From positions 27,202 through 91,201 of the forward strand of contig CAZHQG010000007.1 in the NCBI GenBank assembly GCA_964534275.1: 64,000 nt of DNA. The letters are read 5' to 3'. The stretch is from an uncultured Candidatus Binatia bacterium. GTDB lineage: Bacteria > Desulfobacterota > Binatia > HRBIN30. Numbering within the stretch: position 1 is the stretch's first letter; every line of letters begins with the position of its first letter. Below the pieces are notes generated by a model. The model did not search any database. It was not told the DNA's origin and saw only the letters and a program-made list of their open reading frames with translations. This document shows, piece after piece, positions 61,562-64,000 of this stretch. The position numbers and the translations under genes were made by a program.

Positions 61562-62976
61562 CGCTCGACTGCCGTCGGCGTTCCTTGCCTGAAAAATTCG
61601 CCGTAGCCAAGGGCCTCGAGAGCTTGGCGCTGGCTTTCGGTCAGTTCGTGTGGGGCGAGCTTGTCCGCCGCCGAGTGCCTTCTCCTCTCCAGATCCATGC
61701 GCCATCGTTGCAGTTCGGTAACCAGTGCAGCGGATGGGGGCGCGAGTGGGTGCTGTTCCAGGGGATCCTTGCCGAGGTCGTAATAGGCTAGTGTGCCAGA
61801 TGCGCGATTGCGAATGAGCTTGCCGTGGTCCACAAGAAGTGCCTCCCACGCTGGGTCGTAGAGTGCCACTTCGGCAAAGACGTGCGCAAGAGGCTTCGTG
61901 GAGGGCCCAGGTTCCATGAACGGGCGCAAGGATCTCGAGCGTATGGCCGGCTCTTGCACTCCAGCGTAATCGAGCAGGGTTGGGAACAGGTCGGTGAGGG
62001 AAACGGGACCTTCAACGACGATAGACCGGGGACGGCCCGGCCAGTAGAACATCAGGGGAACGCGAATCAGCTCTTCGTACACGGTGTGGCCGTGGTCCAA
62101 CCGGTCATGCTCGAGAAACTCTTCACCGTGGTCGGAGGTTACCACCAGGACCGTCTTTCCTGCCCAGGGATCGCGTTCGATCTCCTCGAGCAAGCGGCCA
62201 AATTCGCGATCGGCGTACGCCACTTCGCCGTCGTACAAAGCACGCAGATGTTTTCGGTCTGGTTCAGGTGCCTGCCGGCCCAAGATGGCGAGCGCAAACA
62301 GACTTTGGAACGAACCATCAACGGCGCCGCGGTAGTCTGGATCGTACAGTCGGTCGAACGGTGGAGGGGGTGTGTACGGAGCATGTGGGTCGATCGCGAA
62401 CACAAACAGGAAGAGTGGCTTTGAACGCGGGCGCCGGAGTATGGCAAGCGCCCGGTCGACCACTTGTGCCGAAGTGGCAACAAGTTCCTGTGGCTCGATC
62501 GGACGCACTTGGGTGATCGGGTCGTACAATTCCACATATTCGTCGAAACCCTGTGCAAGTCCGAACGTTGGGGCGAGGTTTGGATTGGCCACAACGGCGG
62601 CGGTTTCGTAGCCCATGCGGTGGAGCTCCTCCGCAAGGGTGGGTAAATCCGCGCGTAAGCGGTCGAACCGTCCAACAGCTCCATGCACGGTGGGATATTC
62701 TCCGGTCAAGATCGACCCCACGGTCGCACGCGTCCACGACGCGGGCGCATAAGCCCGATGGAAGCGCGTACCCGCGTGCGCCACTTTGTCGAAGTTCGGT
62801 GTGTGAACTTGCGAATTGCCGTAGGCCCCTAGAGCGTCCGCCCGCAGGGTATCCACGATGTACAGCACGATGTGTGGAGCTGGAGATGCGCGGCCGTGTT
62901 CCCATAATGCCCAAGCGAGCAAACAAGCCAGGCCGATGCTGACGAGAGTGGCAGTTCTGCGCAGCGTCACCGACAC
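61558..62976 (-). CDS. Sulfatase-like (alkaline phosphatase superfamily) membrane-anchored protein
   Basis: N-terminal TM; VDTLRAD, ASWTRAT, DPHAPY, SDHGEEF, DHGHTVYEEL.RVPL; C-terminal LEALGY. Confidence 0.88.
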   Translation of the reverse strand: MSVTLRRTATLVSIGLACLLAWALWEHGRASPAPHIVLYIVDTLRADALGAYGNSQVHTPNFDKVAHAGTRFHRAYAPASWTRATVGSILTGEYPTVHGAVGRFDRLRADLPTLAEELHRMGYETAAVVANPNLAPTFGLAQGFDEYVELYDPITQVRPIEPQELVATSAQVVDRALAILRRPRSKPLFLFVFAIDPHAPYTPPPPFDRLYDPDYRGAVDGSFQSLFALAILGRQAPEPDRKHLRALYDGEVAYADREFGRLLEEIERDPWAGKTVLVVTSDHGEEFLEHDRLDHGHTVYEELIRVPLMFYWPGRPRSIVVEGPVSLTDLFPTLLDYAGVQEPAIRSRSLRPFMEPGPSTKPLAHVFAEVALYDPAWEALLVDHGKLIRNRASGTLAYYDLGKDPLEQHPLAPPSAALVTELQRWRMDLERRRHSAADKLAPHELTESQRQALEALGYGEFFRQGTPTAVER

Positions 62977-62985
62977 ACGAGCTCT

Positions 62986-64000
62986 CTACTGAAAGTCGTA
63001 ACCGAGTGCACGCAAGCGCTCACGGTCCTCGTTGGAGATGGTCGCACGCGAGGCTGGTGGGCTTGGCTGCCCGAGGTGGCTTTGCAGGCGCTGGATCGTG
63101 GCGACTTCTGTGGTAGCTAGGTTTTGCGTTTCCTTGGGATCGGTGTCGAGCCGGTAAAGGAGAAAGTTCCCGTCCAAAGCCAAAATCAACTTCCAGTTGG
63201 CATCGATGATAGCCGCGTGGTGTACGGCGGGCGGGAACCGGAACAGCTCGGCGCGGAGCGGTCCTTCTTGGCCACGGGCGGAGAGCAAGTTTGGAGCAGG
63301 AAACGGGCTTGTGCCTAGGCCCGCGGTTTCCCAGACGGTGGAGGCGATACCGGTAACTTGAACAGGCGTTGGAATTTGCCCGCGCCGGCGGTCGGGAGTG
63401 CGGAGGATCAGGGGCACGTGGAGCATTTCCTCGAACAGCGTGCGGGCGTGAAGGACATCGCCATGGTCGCCGAATTCTTCTCCGTGGTCACTCACCACGA
63501 CCACGACAAGGCCCGTGGGAGCGTGCTTCTCTGCTTCGCGGAGGAGAACTCCGATGGATGCGTCGAGTTCCGCCACGGCGCCACGGTACAAGTCTCGCGC
63601 CAGTGCCAAGATGGCCCGCGTGTAGGTACGCTCGCGAATTTGAATGTTGATGCCCTCGATTGCCTCCGGTGTCGGGAGATCTCCTTTCCAAAACTTACTC
63701 GCATGCTGGAGCTCCGGGATGTACGGCCAGTGCGGATCCATGTAATGGACGTACAAAAACCACGGCCGGTCACGAGGCTGTTGTTTTAGCCACGCGAGTG
63801 CTTCGGAACTTACTTCGCCCGCTCGGGCCTTGTCGAATCGGGGCGGCCCCGGGCCGCGTTGCCACTCGCCAAAGCCTCGATAAGTTGCAAACCCCCGTTC
63901 GAAGCCCAGTTCGGGTGCCATGACCGGATTGGCCACAAAGGCGGCGGTGGAATAGCCGCGTGCGCGCAGTTGTTCTGCCAGGGTAGGATCGTTGGGAGAG
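62986..64000 (-). CDS. Second sulfatase-like protein (5' end outside the window)
   Basis: Frame open to the window end: PTLAEQLRARGYSTAAFVANP, YMDPHWPY, SDHGEEF, LFEEMLHVPL, LRALGY. Confidence 0.85.
   Translation of the reverse strand, partial: SPNDPTLAEQLRARGYSTAAFVANPVMAPELGFERGFATYRGFGEWQRGPGPPRFDKARAGEVSSEALAWLKQQPRDRPWFLYVHYMDPHWPYIPELQHASKFWKGDLPTPEAIEGINIQIRERTYTRAILALARDLYRGAVAELDASIGVLLREAEKHAPTGLVVVVVSDHGEEFGDHGDVLHARTLFEEMLHVPLILRTPDRRRGQIPTPVQVTGIASTVWETAGLGTSPFPAPNLLSARGQEGPLRAELFRFPPAVHHAAIIDANWKLILALDGNFLLYRLDTDPKETQNLATTEVATIQRLQSHLGQPSPPASRATISNEDRERLRALGYDFQ

Overview
GC-rich bacterial chromosomal window with dense coding and mostly housekeeping or envelope content. I found no rRNA, tRNA, CRISPR array, transposase or phage gene. 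The gene repertoire (TolB-like propeller proteins, a Myxococcus-type Cys-rich repeat on a PQQ sugar dehydrogenase, a TMTC-like GT-C, Thr-type sulfatase-like proteins, tandem ferritin-like proteins) suggests a deltaproteobacteria-related lineage such as Binatota; this is inference only. Left to right: ParC-like topoisomerase A subunit (truncated by the window edge, absent from the ORF track); Bcp; beta-propeller protein; epoxide hydrolase; operon of two diiron ferritin-like paralogs plus a CxxC..CxxC protein; PAS-GAF-GAF kinase; DUF456; Zn-ADH; EVE; tandem GST-N; VOC; OmpA; TMTC-like protein; M16 peptidase pair; MCE/Mla ABC system; copper cluster (Cys-rich protein, CusCBA-like, CopA-like); PQQ-type dehydrogenase; argJ; secA; murI; SplB-like radical SAM operon; PolX-PHP; stand-alone Hint domain; GDPD; GMC dehydrogenase cluster; globin-like/PAS kinase with an NtrC-type regulator; zincin; sucC; mdh; GT2-methyltransferase fusion; two sulfatase-like genes. 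Strongest leads: (1) the coupled twin-diiron plus Zn-ribbon operon, (2) a stand-alone Hint domain with all splicing residues replaced but Cys residues clustered at its termini, (3) SecA with a ~280-aa helical insert in its VAR region, (4) the coupled GT2-hypothetical-SplB-like-murI operon, (5) a cytochrome-like helical protein with ANAYH where CxxCH is expected. All family assignments come from motif recognition by eye; no database searches were run.
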